This document shows positions 1-8,672 of a stretch of DNA of 53,442 nucleotides, piece by piece (position 1 is the stretch's first letter; each line of letters opens with the position of its first letter). Position numbers and translations under genes: made by a program. The DNA lies in the IMG/VR virus record IMGVR_UViG_3300048062_000147, one strand, 5' to 3'. The notes under the pieces were generated by a model. That model had not been told where the DNA came from, did no database searches, and saw nothing but the letters and a program-made list of their open reading frames with translations. Origin of the DNA: a virus.

Positions 1-127
1 GCTCACCGAATGATCCAGTCAAAGCAACAGCAGTTGCAGATGCAGCAGCAGCTCCTGAACCAACACCTTCAGAATCAGAGATACCGTCGATTACCGCACG
101 GATAGATCCGTTCAACAATACAACGTC
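1..127. repeat. Exact 127-nt duplicate of 53316..53442 (closure overlap of a circular or terminally redundant genome)
   Basis: Base-by-base comparison of the window start with its end. All 127 nt are identical, and the duplication lies inside one continuous reading frame. Confidence 0.95.
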
Positions 128-472
128 GTTGTTACGCAAGAAGGTAGAACCTGATGCGATTACGATCTCACAAGATGCAGCGCCAGAAGCGATGTCTGCA
201 GTACCTGAAGGAGTTACAGTAGCTTTGCTGTGAAGACGAGACTCTTCCCAGTACTGTACTTCGTCGTTAGAACCGCTAGCTTTTACAGCTCCGGTCATTT
301 TCAAGAAACCAGTGATACCTTGGTTACCGTAAGTTTTAACCAAAAGGTCACGGTTATCTGGTGCGTTTACTTCATCAATGAAGTCACCCAATGAAGTATA
401 CTTCGCTGGGTCTAGTGATTTAAATCCTGCTGAGACGCCGCCGCCGTTAACAGGAGGAGTTCCTAATGCCAT
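1..472 (-). CDS. Major capsid protein candidate, 5' part (ATG at 472; gene split by linearisation, continues at 53442..52378)
   Basis: The minus-strand frame is open from ATG 472-470 (MALGTPPVNGGGVSAGFKSLDPAKYTSLGDFIDEV...) to nt 1. It is in frame with ORF 52378..53433 through the 127-nt overlap, giving one protein of about 469 aa. The gene lies directly downstream of the scaffold-like gene and is followed by a strong terminator. Function is assigned by position and size only. Confidence 0.65.
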   Translation of the reverse strand, partial: MALGTPPVNGGGVSAGFKSLDPAKYTSLGDFIDEVNAPDNRDLLVKTYGNQGITGFLKMTGAVKASGSNDEVQYWEESRLHSKATVTPSGTADIASGAASCEIVIASGSTFLRNNDVVLLNGSIRAVIDGISDSEGVGSGAAAASATAVALTGSFGE

Positions 473-492
473 AGTATTTTATTTTTTAGGCT

Positions 493-1617
493 TTATAAAA
501 ATCTTAATGTTTTGTCCACATTCAGAGCATCAAGTATTTGCTGCTCTAAATTATTGGTATTATTACCCGTTCCAACATTCGGGCTCTTTGTCGATATATT
601 TGCAGCTTGATCAACGATTCTACGCTGTCCATCACTTAAGCCTTGCTGATAAATACTCTTTGCAATCGCATCTATATTATCCACCAAGGCTCGGTGTGAG
701 TTAAACGTGTCGTAATCCCACTGACCATTCTGATCAACATATTGATCAAAGAAGGTTTCTATGTTGCTGTTCTTGTCTATTAGCTGACCTCTGTAATCCT
801 CACTAATGCCAAATTCAAACTCCCCGCCGGGAAGCTCGAAACTCAATGCTTCTAGAGCATTGGTTTCTCTTTTCATAGAGCTGATCCATTGTTCGTCAAT
901 AGGGCTTTGAACAGCTGTCTCTTTTTCTACTTCAGGGATTGTGTAGTTGCTACGCAAACCTTCAATAGACTGTCGAGATTTATTTGCATCGATCTTAAGC
1001 TGTAATTTAGACAACTTGATTTCGTCTTCAGTGTATAGGTCTTCATCGATCTTGTACTTGTTTCCAACTAACATATCGATTTCCTCAGAATTTAAGTCTG
1101 GATATTCAGCTGTCATAGACATCTTTACCACTGTGAGGTCATCCATTTCGGATGGGTTCATAGCTTGGTATCTGAACCAGTCTTCTGGAGATCGACCTGT
1201 TTCTTCAACGAAATCAGCAATCACCTTAATTCGCTCATCAATCTCTGCTTGTCGTGGAGTTGTAGGATTCCGAAGATCCTCAAGACTGCTTAGGTCCATC
1301 CCTAGCTTTTCGCTAAGATATCCCATAACAAGCCCGTCAACATCTTCGTTGTCGTACGACTCTACGTTATTTTCCGTATTTAAAGAACTGTCTGGTTGTG
1401 GGTCGTAACCCCCAACCGTTTCAGTCTGCTCATTAGATACTGGCTCTTGAACAGGCTGTGTATTTTCTTCTCCTGCAGAAAAATCAAAATCAGGCGCTAC
1501 GCCTTCTGGGATTCCTGCTGGAGCTGTGGTCTCCTCTTGAACTGCTTCTGGTGTATCGCTTACCTCAAAACCAGCATCTTCAATAGATTCCAATAAATCA
1601 TTTTCAACTGAACTCAT
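493..1617 (-). CDS. Scaffolding protein candidate
   Basis: 374 aa with a very acidic, low-complexity N-terminus and helical, charged repeats. It sits immediately upstream of the capsid gene. Assignment is positional. Confidence 0.5.
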   Translation of the reverse strand: MSSVENDLLESIEDAGFEVSDTPEAVQEETTAPAGIPEGVAPDFDFSAGEENTQPVQEPVSNEQTETVGGYDPQPDSSLNTENNVESYDNEDVDGLVMGYLSEKLGMDLSSLEDLRNPTTPRQAEIDERIKVIADFVEETGRSPEDWFRYQAMNPSEMDDLTVVKMSMTAEYPDLNSEEIDMLVGNKYKIDEDLYTEDEIKLSKLQLKIDANKSRQSIEGLRSNYTIPEVEKETAVQSPIDEQWISSMKRETNALEALSFELPGGEFEFGISEDYRGQLIDKNSNIETFFDQYVDQNGQWDYDTFNSHRALVDNIDAIAKSIYQQGLSDGQRRIVDQAANISTKSPNVGTGNNTNNLEQQILDALNVDKTLRFL

Positions 1618-1639
1618 AATATATATTTAATTAATGTTG

Positions 1640-1647
1640 CAAAATTA
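1640..1647 (-). promoter_or_regulatory. Bacteroidota-type -7 box TAATTTTG ahead of the scaffold/capsid genes
   Basis: Perfect TAnnTTTG on the minus strand, 22 nt upstream of ATG 1617. Confidence 0.45.
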
Positions 1648-1653
1648 ACGATT

Positions 1654-1896
1654 CTAACGATATCTTTTTACAATACGTTGTATGTCAGGAGAGTACTTAG
1701 CAAACTGCTCCCCTTTATTAGTCGCTGCTTTCTTTTGGGCTGTGGCTTTTTTGTAAAGCCCAGCCTTCTTCAGTGCAGCGACAGCTTTAGCTGGGAAGTA
1801 CGCCTCTCCAGTATCCTTGCTCTTTTTACCGCTGGCTGTACTCCATTTCTGTTTTGTCCAATTTCTAAGGGACTGCTGTGACTTCTTGAGTGCCAT
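1654..1896 (-). CDS. Small lysine-rich basic protein, unknown function
   Basis: 80-aa ORF tightly packed with its neighbours. Its start overlaps the stop of the upstream gene at 1896. Confidence 0.6.
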   Translation of the reverse strand: MALKKSQQSLRNWTKQKWSTASGKKSKDTGEAYFPAKAVAALKKAGLYKKATAQKKAATNKGEQFAKYSPDIQRIVKRYR

Positions 1897-2078
1897 TAGT
1901 TTTTATAGCCGCCTCCTGCAGCTTTATACTCTTTAGCGAGTAGCTGTGCTTTACGAGCAGACCACTGTCCGGGATTACCACCACGGCTGCCCGCCATAAT
2001 TTGCTTAAACAGCTTTTTTCTAAGCGTTGGCTTAGTATAGTTGCCGGCTTCGTTTACTCTTGACTTCTTAGCCTTCAT
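1896..2078 (-). CDS. Small lysine-rich basic protein (GQWSARKAQ motif), unknown function
   Basis: 60-aa ORF, compact spacing, basic composition. Confidence 0.6.
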   Translation of the reverse strand: MKAKKSRVNEAGNYTKPTLRKKLFKQIMAGSRGGNPGQWSARKAQLLAKEYKAAGGGYKN

Positions 2079-2083
2079 AGCTG

Positions 2084-2266
2084 TTACTCTCCTTTAGCTG
2101 CATCTACAGCATCCTTCAACTCTTCTTTAACATTGGAGTATCTACGACGTGCTTCAGCATATGCTGCTAGAGCTTTCTCATCTAGATCAGTGAATCCCAA
2201 CCAATAGCACCAGAAGCGCTTGTGAGTTTCCTTGATCCAAAGCCAAAATACTTTTAGGTGTTTCAT
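2084..2266 (-). CDS. Hypothetical small protein
   Basis: 60-aa ORF, 1-nt gap to the upstream gene. Confidence 0.5.
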   Translation of the reverse strand: MKHLKVFWLWIKETHKRFWCYWLGFTDLDEKALAAYAEARRRYSNVKEELKDAVDAAKGE

Positions 2267-2267
2267 A

Positions 2268-2579
2268 CTATTTGTTTTTTAATCTTTCATTTTCTTTTTC
2301 GAGGAACTCTACCTTAACTCTAAGGGCAGATACCTCTTGGGTTAGTGCAAGTACCTGATTTCTCAGTTCGTCTTTCTCGTCGCTACTAGTGGCAAGAAGA
2401 GACTCTAAGTTTCTTACCCTGTTCTTTAAATCGTCTCTGTATTGCACTCCGTCATTGTTCTCTAACTTAGACTTCTTTTCTTCAGACCTTACTTTGAGTC
2501 TAGCCTCAAAGAATTTCCATATACCAGCAGACCCAGCTACTGTAGCGATGGTTATTATTATTTGTGTTACGTTATCCAT
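2268..2579 (-). CDS. Membrane-anchored coiled-coil protein
   Basis: N-terminal hydrophobic helix (IIITIATVAGSAGIWKFF) followed by a heptad-like charged region. Confidence 0.6.
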   Translation of the reverse strand: MDNVTQIIITIATVAGSAGIWKFFEARLKVRSEEKKSKLENNDGVQYRDDLKNRVRNLESLLATSSDEKDELRNQVLALTQEVSALRVKVEFLEKENERLKNK

Positions 2580-2937
2580 TTCTGTGTAGCTGTTCTGTTT
2601 TTAATCTCTTGAGGTTTCCAAAAGAAGATATAACCAATATTAACCACCCGTAATGAGATGGCGTAGGTAGACCTATGGTCATTAAATACATAGTCAAGCT
2701 TGTGGTGTACAATCCAAAGGTTAATGTCGCTGCAATAACCCTGCAATTTAAATCTCCTTTAGATATGCAGTACAGCTGATAGACTCCTACAGCTATTAGA
2801 GCTAACTGATAAACAGGCATAAATCCAAGCTCTACAAAAGTGGCGATAGGCGCAAGCACTATAAGAGCTGCGCCTAGTGTAATCTCTGTAGGCTGGCTAT
2901 CACTATATCTCCACAACTGACGTAGTCTATCAAACAC
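2572..2937 (-). CDS. Multi-pass membrane protein (paralog of 2930..3316)
   Basis: 121 aa with about 4 hydrophobic helices. It shares the N-terminal motif LWRYSDSQPTEI with the neighbouring gene (LFWYSDSEPNEI). Confidence 0.6.
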   Translation of the reverse strand: MFDRLRQLWRYSDSQPTEITLGAALIVLAPIATFVELGFMPVYQLALIAVGVYQLYCISKGDLNCRVIAATLTFGLYTTSLTMYLMTIGLPTPSHYGWLILVISSFGNLKRLKTEQLHRNG

Positions 2938-3316
2938 CTTTCTCTATCTTTTCTTTAAACACTCTAATCGTATTCCAACAGGCGAACAATCCAATAACTA
3001 TCCATCCCGTACGGCTGCCTTCCATTAGACCCGTCATACATAAGTTTACAATAGTCATTATGGCGATCAACGTAGCGATCTGAACAGCTAACAATCGCAT
3101 ATGTAATGTACCGTTCCATACGACAGCCCACATCTGAAATGCTCCTGCAGCTATCGCTCCAGCAACTAACAACCAGCTAGGGTTATGATGCTCTACAATA
3201 ATACTAGCGGGCAGTGCGATCAAATGGCAGAAGGAGATAAGTATCTCATTAGGCTCGCTATCACTATACCAGAATAGATCTTTAACTTTCGCTAGTCCTC
3301 TTTTCTTCATCACCAT
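2930..3316 (-). CDS. Multi-pass membrane protein (paralog of 2572..2937)
   Basis: 128 aa with about 4 hydrophobic helices and the same N-terminal WYSDSxPxEI motif. The start may be ATG 3316 or ATG 3310. Confidence 0.6.
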   Translation of the reverse strand: MVMKKRGLAKVKDLFWYSDSEPNEILISFCHLIALPASIIVEHHNPSWLLVAGAIAAGAFQMWAVVWNGTLHMRLLAVQIATLIAIMTIVNLCMTGLMEGSRTGWIVIGLFACWNTIRVFKEKIEKGV

Positions 3317-3603
3317 TTAACTTTATCTGCCCAATAAGCAGCGGACAGCTTACCCTTGGCAATATTCTTTCTGTGACGTGCTTTAAAAGAAGCACGTTTC
3401 TTCTTCATCTTTTCTGACTCTCCTGCCTTTGGCTTCCCAGCGGTCTTAGCCCCCTGCTCACCAAAGCGGATCGTCTTAATATTATCGCCTACTTTAGCGA
3501 CAACAATATGAGATTTCTTAGGGTGATCGGGTGTTCGCTTCGGCTTGTTATAGCCGCTCACACCCGCCCGTTCAAGTCTTGAATCTCTCTTCTTTACTTT
3601 CAT
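3310..3603 (-). CDS. Small lysine-rich basic protein, unknown function
   Basis: I place the start at internal ATG 3603 (MKVKKRDSRLERAG...). The longer track ORF would read through the terminator hairpin at 3624-3647. Confidence 0.55.
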   Translation of the reverse strand: MKVKKRDSRLERAGVSGYNKPKRTPDHPKKSHIVVAKVGDNIKTIRFGEQGAKTAGKPKAGESEKMKKKRASFKARHRKNIAKGKLSAAYWADKVKW

Positions 3604-3613
3604 AACAGCAAAG

Positions 3614-3650
3614 GTATAAAAAAAGAGGTCGCATTTCTGCAACCTCTCTA
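3614..3650 (-). terminator. Intrinsic terminator after the 73-aa gene
   Basis: Hairpin AGAGGT-N12-ACCTCT at 3624-3647. It is followed on the minus strand by T7, which is the plus-strand A-run 3618-3624. Confidence 0.6.
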
Positions 3651-3676
3651 CTGATAATCTATTGATTTTTAAGCTA

Positions 3677-3898
3677 TTAAGCCTCTTTAATTTCACCAGT
3701 GTTTAAGTCAATCTCGTTTACACCATACTTCTCGCCTAAAGAAGCCTGTTGTGACTGTAGCTCAGCTATTAGTTCTTTAGCTGTTTCTACAGCTTCTAGC
3801 TTTCTCATTTCAAATGAGGCGATGTCTATGTGGACCTGATTGACTTTAGCCACAATATCCTTAAGAGCCTGTAGCTCTTCGTCTGTTACCTTTTCCAT
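3677..3898 (-). CDS. Hypothetical coiled-coil protein
   Basis: 73-aa ORF, helical and charged. Confidence 0.55.
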   Translation of the reverse strand: MEKVTDEELQALKDIVAKVNQVHIDIASFEMRKLEAVETAKELIAELQSQQASLGEKYGVNEIDLNTGEIKEA

Positions 3899-3923
3899 TG
3901 TATTAAATTTATTTAAGTATAAG

Positions 3924-4127
3924 TTACGCTAAGACCGCTTCAATTTCATCTAGCTCGGTGCCTGTAATAGCGTCAGTAAACCAATCAAATGATATTAGCA
4001 TTGCTAAGTGGTCTTTATTTGCTTGGATGATTTCTGTTTCAGAAGCATCAGCATCATTGATAACGTCAACAGAATCTTGCCAAGTGCTTAGGTAATGGTC
4101 TTTTACTTCTTGTTCGAATTCACTCAT
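3924..4127 (-). CDS. Hypothetical acidic protein
   Basis: 67-aa ORF, 1 nt downstream of the tail fibre gene stop. Confidence 0.55.
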   Translation of the reverse strand: MSEFEQEVKDHYLSTWQDSVDVINDADASETEIIQANKDHLAMLISFDWFTDAITGTELDEIEAVLA

Positions 4128-4128
4128 T

Positions 4129-5781
4129 TTATTTTGACTTTAGTAATTCAACTTCTGCTTGAAGTTCTTTAATGGCGTTGACAAGTACAGGGACTAATTT
4201 AGCATATTGTATAGATAGCGTTCCATCTCCCATTTCTTTAACAACATCTGGCACAACTTGCTTCATTTCCTGAGCGATAAAACCAATATCGTGTCTGCCG
4301 TCTGCTTTTAAATCATACTCTACGGGGCGCATCTGAGCAACATCATCAAGTCCGTAAGGAAGGTCTTCAACATTTTCCTTTAACTTGATATCTGAAGGAC
4401 TGCTTAAAGTACCGTAACAATATAAATCCGTGATGTTGGAATCACCAAGCATCACTGTATTACCACCTTGCCCAATAGCATCGTTACCAATGGCTATTTC
4501 ATTTGTTACAGTGACTGCTGAAGGATGAGTTTCATTTCCTATAAAAACACAATCCGTTAAAGCTGTGACGTTTGAACCGCCAGAAGTAACCCTCCCGGCT
4601 TCATTACCTATAAGTACATTGAAGCTAGATGTTGTTTGCCAATAGCCTGCTTGATAGCCTATCATAACATTTTTGGTGGCTGTTGTTAGTCTTTGACCTG
4701 CCCCTTGTTGTCCAATGAGAACATTCCTAGCCCCTGAAGTTATTGAGTTTCCAGCATAACTACCAATTGCAACATTTCTATTAGCGCTAGAGCCGCTTGC
4801 GCCACCCAATGCGAAGTACCCCACTGCAGTATTGTCACCTCCTGTTGGATTGTTTATGGCGTATGCGCCAACGGCAACTGACGTACCGCCAGTAGTATTG
4901 TCTTCAAGAGCCTTATACCCAACAGCAGTATTCGTTGATGCTGTTGTATTTTGCTCCATTGCATCTACCCCTATAGCAACGTTATTTGAACCAGTGGTAT
5001 TCATTTCTAAAGCCCACGCACCTACAGCTACGTTTTGGGCGGCTGTTGATTGAGTACGTGCAGCTTGATAACCTACTGCTGTATTTCTTTGCCCGCTAGT
5101 TTGATTTTGAAGTGCTGATGTACCTATCGCAACTTGAAAATTACCAGTCATACCTACACCACCGCCTAGAGCATAATCACCAATAGCAATACCCTTACCT
5201 GTAGTAATTTTTTGACCAGCTCTATACCCAATACCTACAGAGCGAGTAGAACTGACTTCTTGCAAGCTATATGCCCCAACCGCCACATTCTCAGATGTGC
5301 TTGTAGTGTTGGTATCGCTCATTGCATTATATCCAATAGCAACATTGTCAATAGCGCTGGTAATATCCTCAAGGGCTTTGCTACCAATTGCAATGTTTCT
5401 TTGGCCAGTGGTCATTGCCGCCAACGCATCCGTGCCAAAAGCAATGCTGTATCTTTCGGCCCCTACATCAATGTTGCCTAAGGCATTTGTGCCTATCGTG
5501 TAACTATCTGTTTGGCCGCTAATAGGCGATACACCACCGCCGCCACCTGAACCGTTTGCCGCTGCCGTAATACGACCTTGTGCATCAACAGTGATATCAG
5601 CTGTTGTATAACTGCCTGCTGTTACAGCTGTGTCGGCTAGCTGGTCAGGACCGATTGAGTCGTCAGCAACGATGTTATCTGGATCTATTCTTACGTTATC
5701 GGAGCCTAAGTAACCCACCAAGAAATCTACGTTTGCTGGGTCTGTCTTTAATGTAAAGTCACTAAATTTTTTATTTGCCAT
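4129..5781 (-). CDS. Tail fibre with YadA/Hep_Hag-like repeats and a C-terminal intramolecular chaperone (peptidase S74-like) domain
   Basis: At least 14 tandem repeats of about 14 aa of the type N(V/T)A(V/I)G..A, such as NVAIGYNAM, NTAVGYQAA and NVAVGAWAL. The C-terminus reads SSPSDIKLKENVEDL...GFIAQEMKQVVPDVV...LVPVLVNAIKELQAEVELLK, typical of auto-cleaving fibre chaperone domains. Confidence 0.85.
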   Translation of the reverse strand: MANKKFSDFTLKTDPANVDFLVGYLGSDNVRIDPDNIVADDSIGPDQLADTAVTAGSYTTADITVDAQGRITAAANGSGGGGGVSPISGQTDSYTIGTNALGNIDVGAERYSIAFGTDALAAMTTGQRNIAIGSKALEDITSAIDNVAIGYNAMSDTNTTSTSENVAVGAYSLQEVSSTRSVGIGYRAGQKITTGKGIAIGDYALGGGVGMTGNFQVAIGTSALQNQTSGQRNTAVGYQAARTQSTAAQNVAVGAWALEMNTTGSNNVAIGVDAMEQNTTASTNTAVGYKALEDNTTGGTSVAVGAYAINNPTGGDNTAVGYFALGGASGSSANRNVAIGSYAGNSITSGARNVLIGQQGAGQRLTTATKNVMIGYQAGYWQTTSSFNVLIGNEAGRVTSGGSNVTALTDCVFIGNETHPSAVTVTNEIAIGNDAIGQGGNTVMLGDSNITDLYCYGTLSSPSDIKLKENVEDLPYGLDDVAQMRPVEYDLKADGRHDIGFIAQEMKQVVPDVVKEMGDGTLSIQYAKLVPVLVNAIKELQAEVELLKSK

Positions 5782-5787
5782 TTTATC

Positions 5788-5925
5788 TTATGATTCTATG
5801 ATTAAAAAGTCGCCATTCTCCGCTACCATATAAGAATCATCCTCCGCCAATATCTCAAAGAATGGTGTAGGATCATCATCTGAAACAGAAGGTGTTTTGA
5901 GGATATTTATTCCTAATATTAACAT
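5788..5925 (-). CDS. Possible 45-aa acidic protein (below the ORF-track cutoff)
   Basis: ATG 5925-5923 overlaps the TAA of the upstream gene (TAATG). It encodes MLILGINILKTPSVSDDDPTPFFEILAEDDSYMVAENGDFLIIES and fills an otherwise empty 140-nt gap. Confidence 0.35.
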   Translation of the reverse strand: MLILGINILKTPSVSDDDPTPFFEILAEDDSYMVAENGDFLIIES

Positions 5926-6191
5926 TATAGTACTTCTCTGTATGCTAATATTTTACCTGAGTCACAAGTAACAGAAGTGAACCTTCCGAAGATTGTAAGA
6001 CCCTTTGGTATTGTTGTGTCTGTAACGCTGTCGCCCTCTGTTGCAGTAGCATCAATCTGGGCGTCTTCCAAAGCTGTGATAGCGATATAGTTGTGAGAGT
6101 TCACCGTTTCCGATGCACCCACCAAATCGAATCCAGCCTGACCAAAAGCCTGAAGATTGAAGTTAGCGTCTCTCTGTAATTTTTGAGCCAT
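5925..6191 (-). CDS. Hypothetical protein
   Basis: 88-aa ORF downstream of the portal gene, with its own TAnnTTTG box. Confidence 0.55.
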   Translation of the reverse strand: MAQKLQRDANFNLQAFGQAGFDLVGASETVNSHNYIAITALEDAQIDATATEGDSVTDTTIPKGLTIFGRFTSVTCDSGKILAYREVL

Positions 6192-6207
6192 TATTATTTG
6201 TTTTTTG

Positions 6208-6215
6208 CAAAGTTA
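6208..6215 (-). promoter_or_regulatory. -7 box TAACTTTG
   Basis: Perfect TAnnTTTG on the minus strand, 16 nt upstream of ATG 6191. Confidence 0.4.
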
Positions 6216-6221
6216 GTGTTT

Positions 6222-8630
6222 TTATGAAAACATATCTGATTCATCAGGGAGCTCGCCTCGGTAACCCTTGCGCTGGCTTATAAGCTTAGACTGCTCTACA
6301 GCCTGCTTCTTAACACGCCCGTCTTTACGGTCTTCCTTCATAGCTTCTTTATCAGAGGCTACTCGGCTTTCAATCTGCTGCTCCATCACACCAAACTCGC
6401 CCTTCATTTTCTCAAGCTCCATACGCATCTGGTGTTCTAGCTGTGCTAGCTGAGACTTGAGCTGGTATTCCATCTGCTTCTTCTGCATCTCAAGCTGTAC
6501 CAGTGCCTGCTGCTTCTGAACCTCAGCCTGTGCAGCTACCTGAGATGCCTGAGCGTTAGCCTGAGCTTGCGCTTGGATATTCATCTGCTGCATCTCCTGT
6601 TGCTTAGCAATACGCTTCTTACGGCGGATGATCAATAGACGCTCTGCCTGATCAACATCCTTGATGTTTCTAATGGCGATGGCGTCTTCAAGATCGATCT
6701 CTCTCTGACCTAGTGCGATCTGAATATTCTGCTCCAAGTACTGGCGATCTCTATCGCTGAGGTCTGACAATACACGGATGCCGAAGTTGTACATCGGTAG
6801 ATCCTTAAAGCTATTCAGTACCTCCATATTGGTCTTACCAATAGCCTTCTCGTACACGTTGTATAAGACAGATTGTGAAGGAAGGATCTGTAGACATTTT
6901 AGAATGTCTTCACAGACCTTCCTATATAATATCATACTAGCATTAGTCACATCGTACAGCGCATTGTTTGCTGCCGCCATAGCCATCTGGTTCACCCCTA
7001 CTAAGGCTTCACCTTTTGGCGTAGAACCGTCTACCACCTCGTTGATACCCGTAGCATCACGGATCATACGTAGGTAGTGGTTATACAGAGCGATAAGCTC
7101 GTTGATGTTTCTGATGCTGTTGTCGATCTGACGAACGGGCGGGTTTTGGAAACCGCCCTCTGGGTTCTTACTGCGGTAGTAGAACACACCAGTTTGCTCG
7201 TAGATGTCCTGAATCTCTAGGGGTTGCAGGTCTCCACCACGACCGAGGTCTACATTCTCTAGACCTTCAACATCGATGATGATACCGTCAGGCTTTGCCT
7301 TGGCAATAGCTTGCTGGATCTTCAGGTGAGACAGCTGTAGTTGATCCGCAAAACCAATGACGCTAGAGACAAGGCTCTTAGGAACCATATTCCTAATGTT
7401 TGTCGCTACCACAGAGTAGGACATCTGCGCACGGGTGATGTCGTGGATATTCTTAGGGACGTTGTTCTTTTGTCCGTAGTTCAAGATGTGCTCTGTGCCG
7501 ATGATGTACATACCTCCGTACACGGTGGCGTTATTCATCTGTACAGGCTCTCTATCGTATACACTGTTCTTTGGTGTTTCGTAGGTATTCCCCTTGTAGT
7601 AGAATCCAATGTTTCCGAATCTAGACTTCTTCTTCTCGTAGATCATAGAATCGACAGATAAGAACTCGAAGTCTAATACCTCTAGGGTGAACTCATCGTA
7701 GCCGTAAGTGTAACGGCTGAGGCGCTGGTCGTAATAGTTCTCCATAAAGCGAGAAGCATTATTACCGTACTTGTTCATTACTGTCTTAGCAATCTTCTGG
7801 TACTCCTCTTCAGAGAGCTGGTCGCCACAAAGACGCTTCAGCTCTTGGATAGAGATGCGCTTGATGTGTCCTGCGTATACGATGTCTGAGAATGTAGGGT
7901 CGTCAGTGTAGCTGTGTACAAAGAACGCCGGGTCTACATACTCTTCGTTGATCCCGTAGTTCGGGTCGTTGCTGCGCTTGGTCACTGCCATACCACAGCT
8001 TACCAAATCCTCCACACATCTGCGGTATACACGCTCGTCGAAGTTGTTCCAACTCAGCGTCATATTGGTAGCTAGCTGTGCAGCGATCTCTGCATCAGTC
8101 TTAATATTTGTATCTAAGAAGATTTCTACTTCTTCTGGTGTTTCTGGCAATGATTCAGGATCTACGTCAACATTCAATCCAGATTTTTTTGCCTCTTCGA
8201 ACATCTCCTTGTTCTCGATACGTAGTGCTATCTTTTTCTTTTTGACGTCCTTCTCTGATCTAGAGAGTGGGTCGATAGCTTCTACCTGTGGGTATCTGTA
8301 TGAGGAGATGATTTTATTGACAACGATTTTAGCGAACTTGGGGACGATGGGAACTGGAGTCCAGTCCAGTGTCATCATAGTACCGTCACCATTATTTGGA
8401 TCCAGCGAGTTTAGAATCTGTTTATATATCGTGGTGTCTTGGGTACCGTTAGCATAAGACCTAGAAGTTTCGAACTCCTTGTATCTGCGCTTATAGAGGC
8501 TGCCCTCGGTATCTATGCCGCCCCATTGAGCCATCAATGACTTCGCATACGCTAGCCCGTATGCCTTACTCATTTTCTCTTCCGTGGGCGCTAGAGGATC
8601 CGGAAAAGTATACTTATTTTGATTATTCAT
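6222..8630 (-). CDS. Portal protein
   Basis: 802 aa, immediately downstream of TerL. It has a C-terminal Q/A/E-rich coiled-coil tail. Assignment is by size and position. Confidence 0.75.
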   Translation of the reverse strand: MNNQNKYTFPDPLAPTEEKMSKAYGLAYAKSLMAQWGGIDTEGSLYKRRYKEFETSRSYANGTQDTTIYKQILNSLDPNNGDGTMMTLDWTPVPIVPKFAKIVVNKIISSYRYPQVEAIDPLSRSEKDVKKKKIALRIENKEMFEEAKKSGLNVDVDPESLPETPEEVEIFLDTNIKTDAEIAAQLATNMTLSWNNFDERVYRRCVEDLVSCGMAVTKRSNDPNYGINEEYVDPAFFVHSYTDDPTFSDIVYAGHIKRISIQELKRLCGDQLSEEEYQKIAKTVMNKYGNNASRFMENYYDQRLSRYTYGYDEFTLEVLDFEFLSVDSMIYEKKKSRFGNIGFYYKGNTYETPKNSVYDREPVQMNNATVYGGMYIIGTEHILNYGQKNNVPKNIHDITRAQMSYSVVATNIRNMVPKSLVSSVIGFADQLQLSHLKIQQAIAKAKPDGIIIDVEGLENVDLGRGGDLQPLEIQDIYEQTGVFYYRSKNPEGGFQNPPVRQIDNSIRNINELIALYNHYLRMIRDATGINEVVDGSTPKGEALVGVNQMAMAAANNALYDVTNASMILYRKVCEDILKCLQILPSQSVLYNVYEKAIGKTNMEVLNSFKDLPMYNFGIRVLSDLSDRDRQYLEQNIQIALGQREIDLEDAIAIRNIKDVDQAERLLIIRRKKRIAKQQEMQQMNIQAQAQANAQASQVAAQAEVQKQQALVQLEMQKKQMEYQLKSQLAQLEHQMRMELEKMKGEFGVMEQQIESRVASDKEAMKEDRKDGRVKKQAVEQSKLISQRKGYRGELPDESDMFS

Positions 8631-8655
8631 CGTTTCGCTGAATCTTTATCAACTG

Positions 8656-8663
8656 CAAATATA
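8656..8663 (-). promoter_or_regulatory. -7 box TATATTTG
   Basis: Perfect TAnnTTTG on the minus strand, 25 nt upstream of portal ATG 8630. Confidence 0.4.
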
Positions 8664-8672
8664 ACCATTTTA

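Noticed and set aside
3648-3660. Partial 17-mer match (TACTGATAA) at 3648-3660, and an inverted partial match (GTTATCAGTGAT) at 24237-24248
   Set aside because: Only 9-10 nt match. There is no abutting hairpin and no fixed spacing to an ATG, and one site lies in the opposite arm. This is compatible with chance in an A+T-rich genome.
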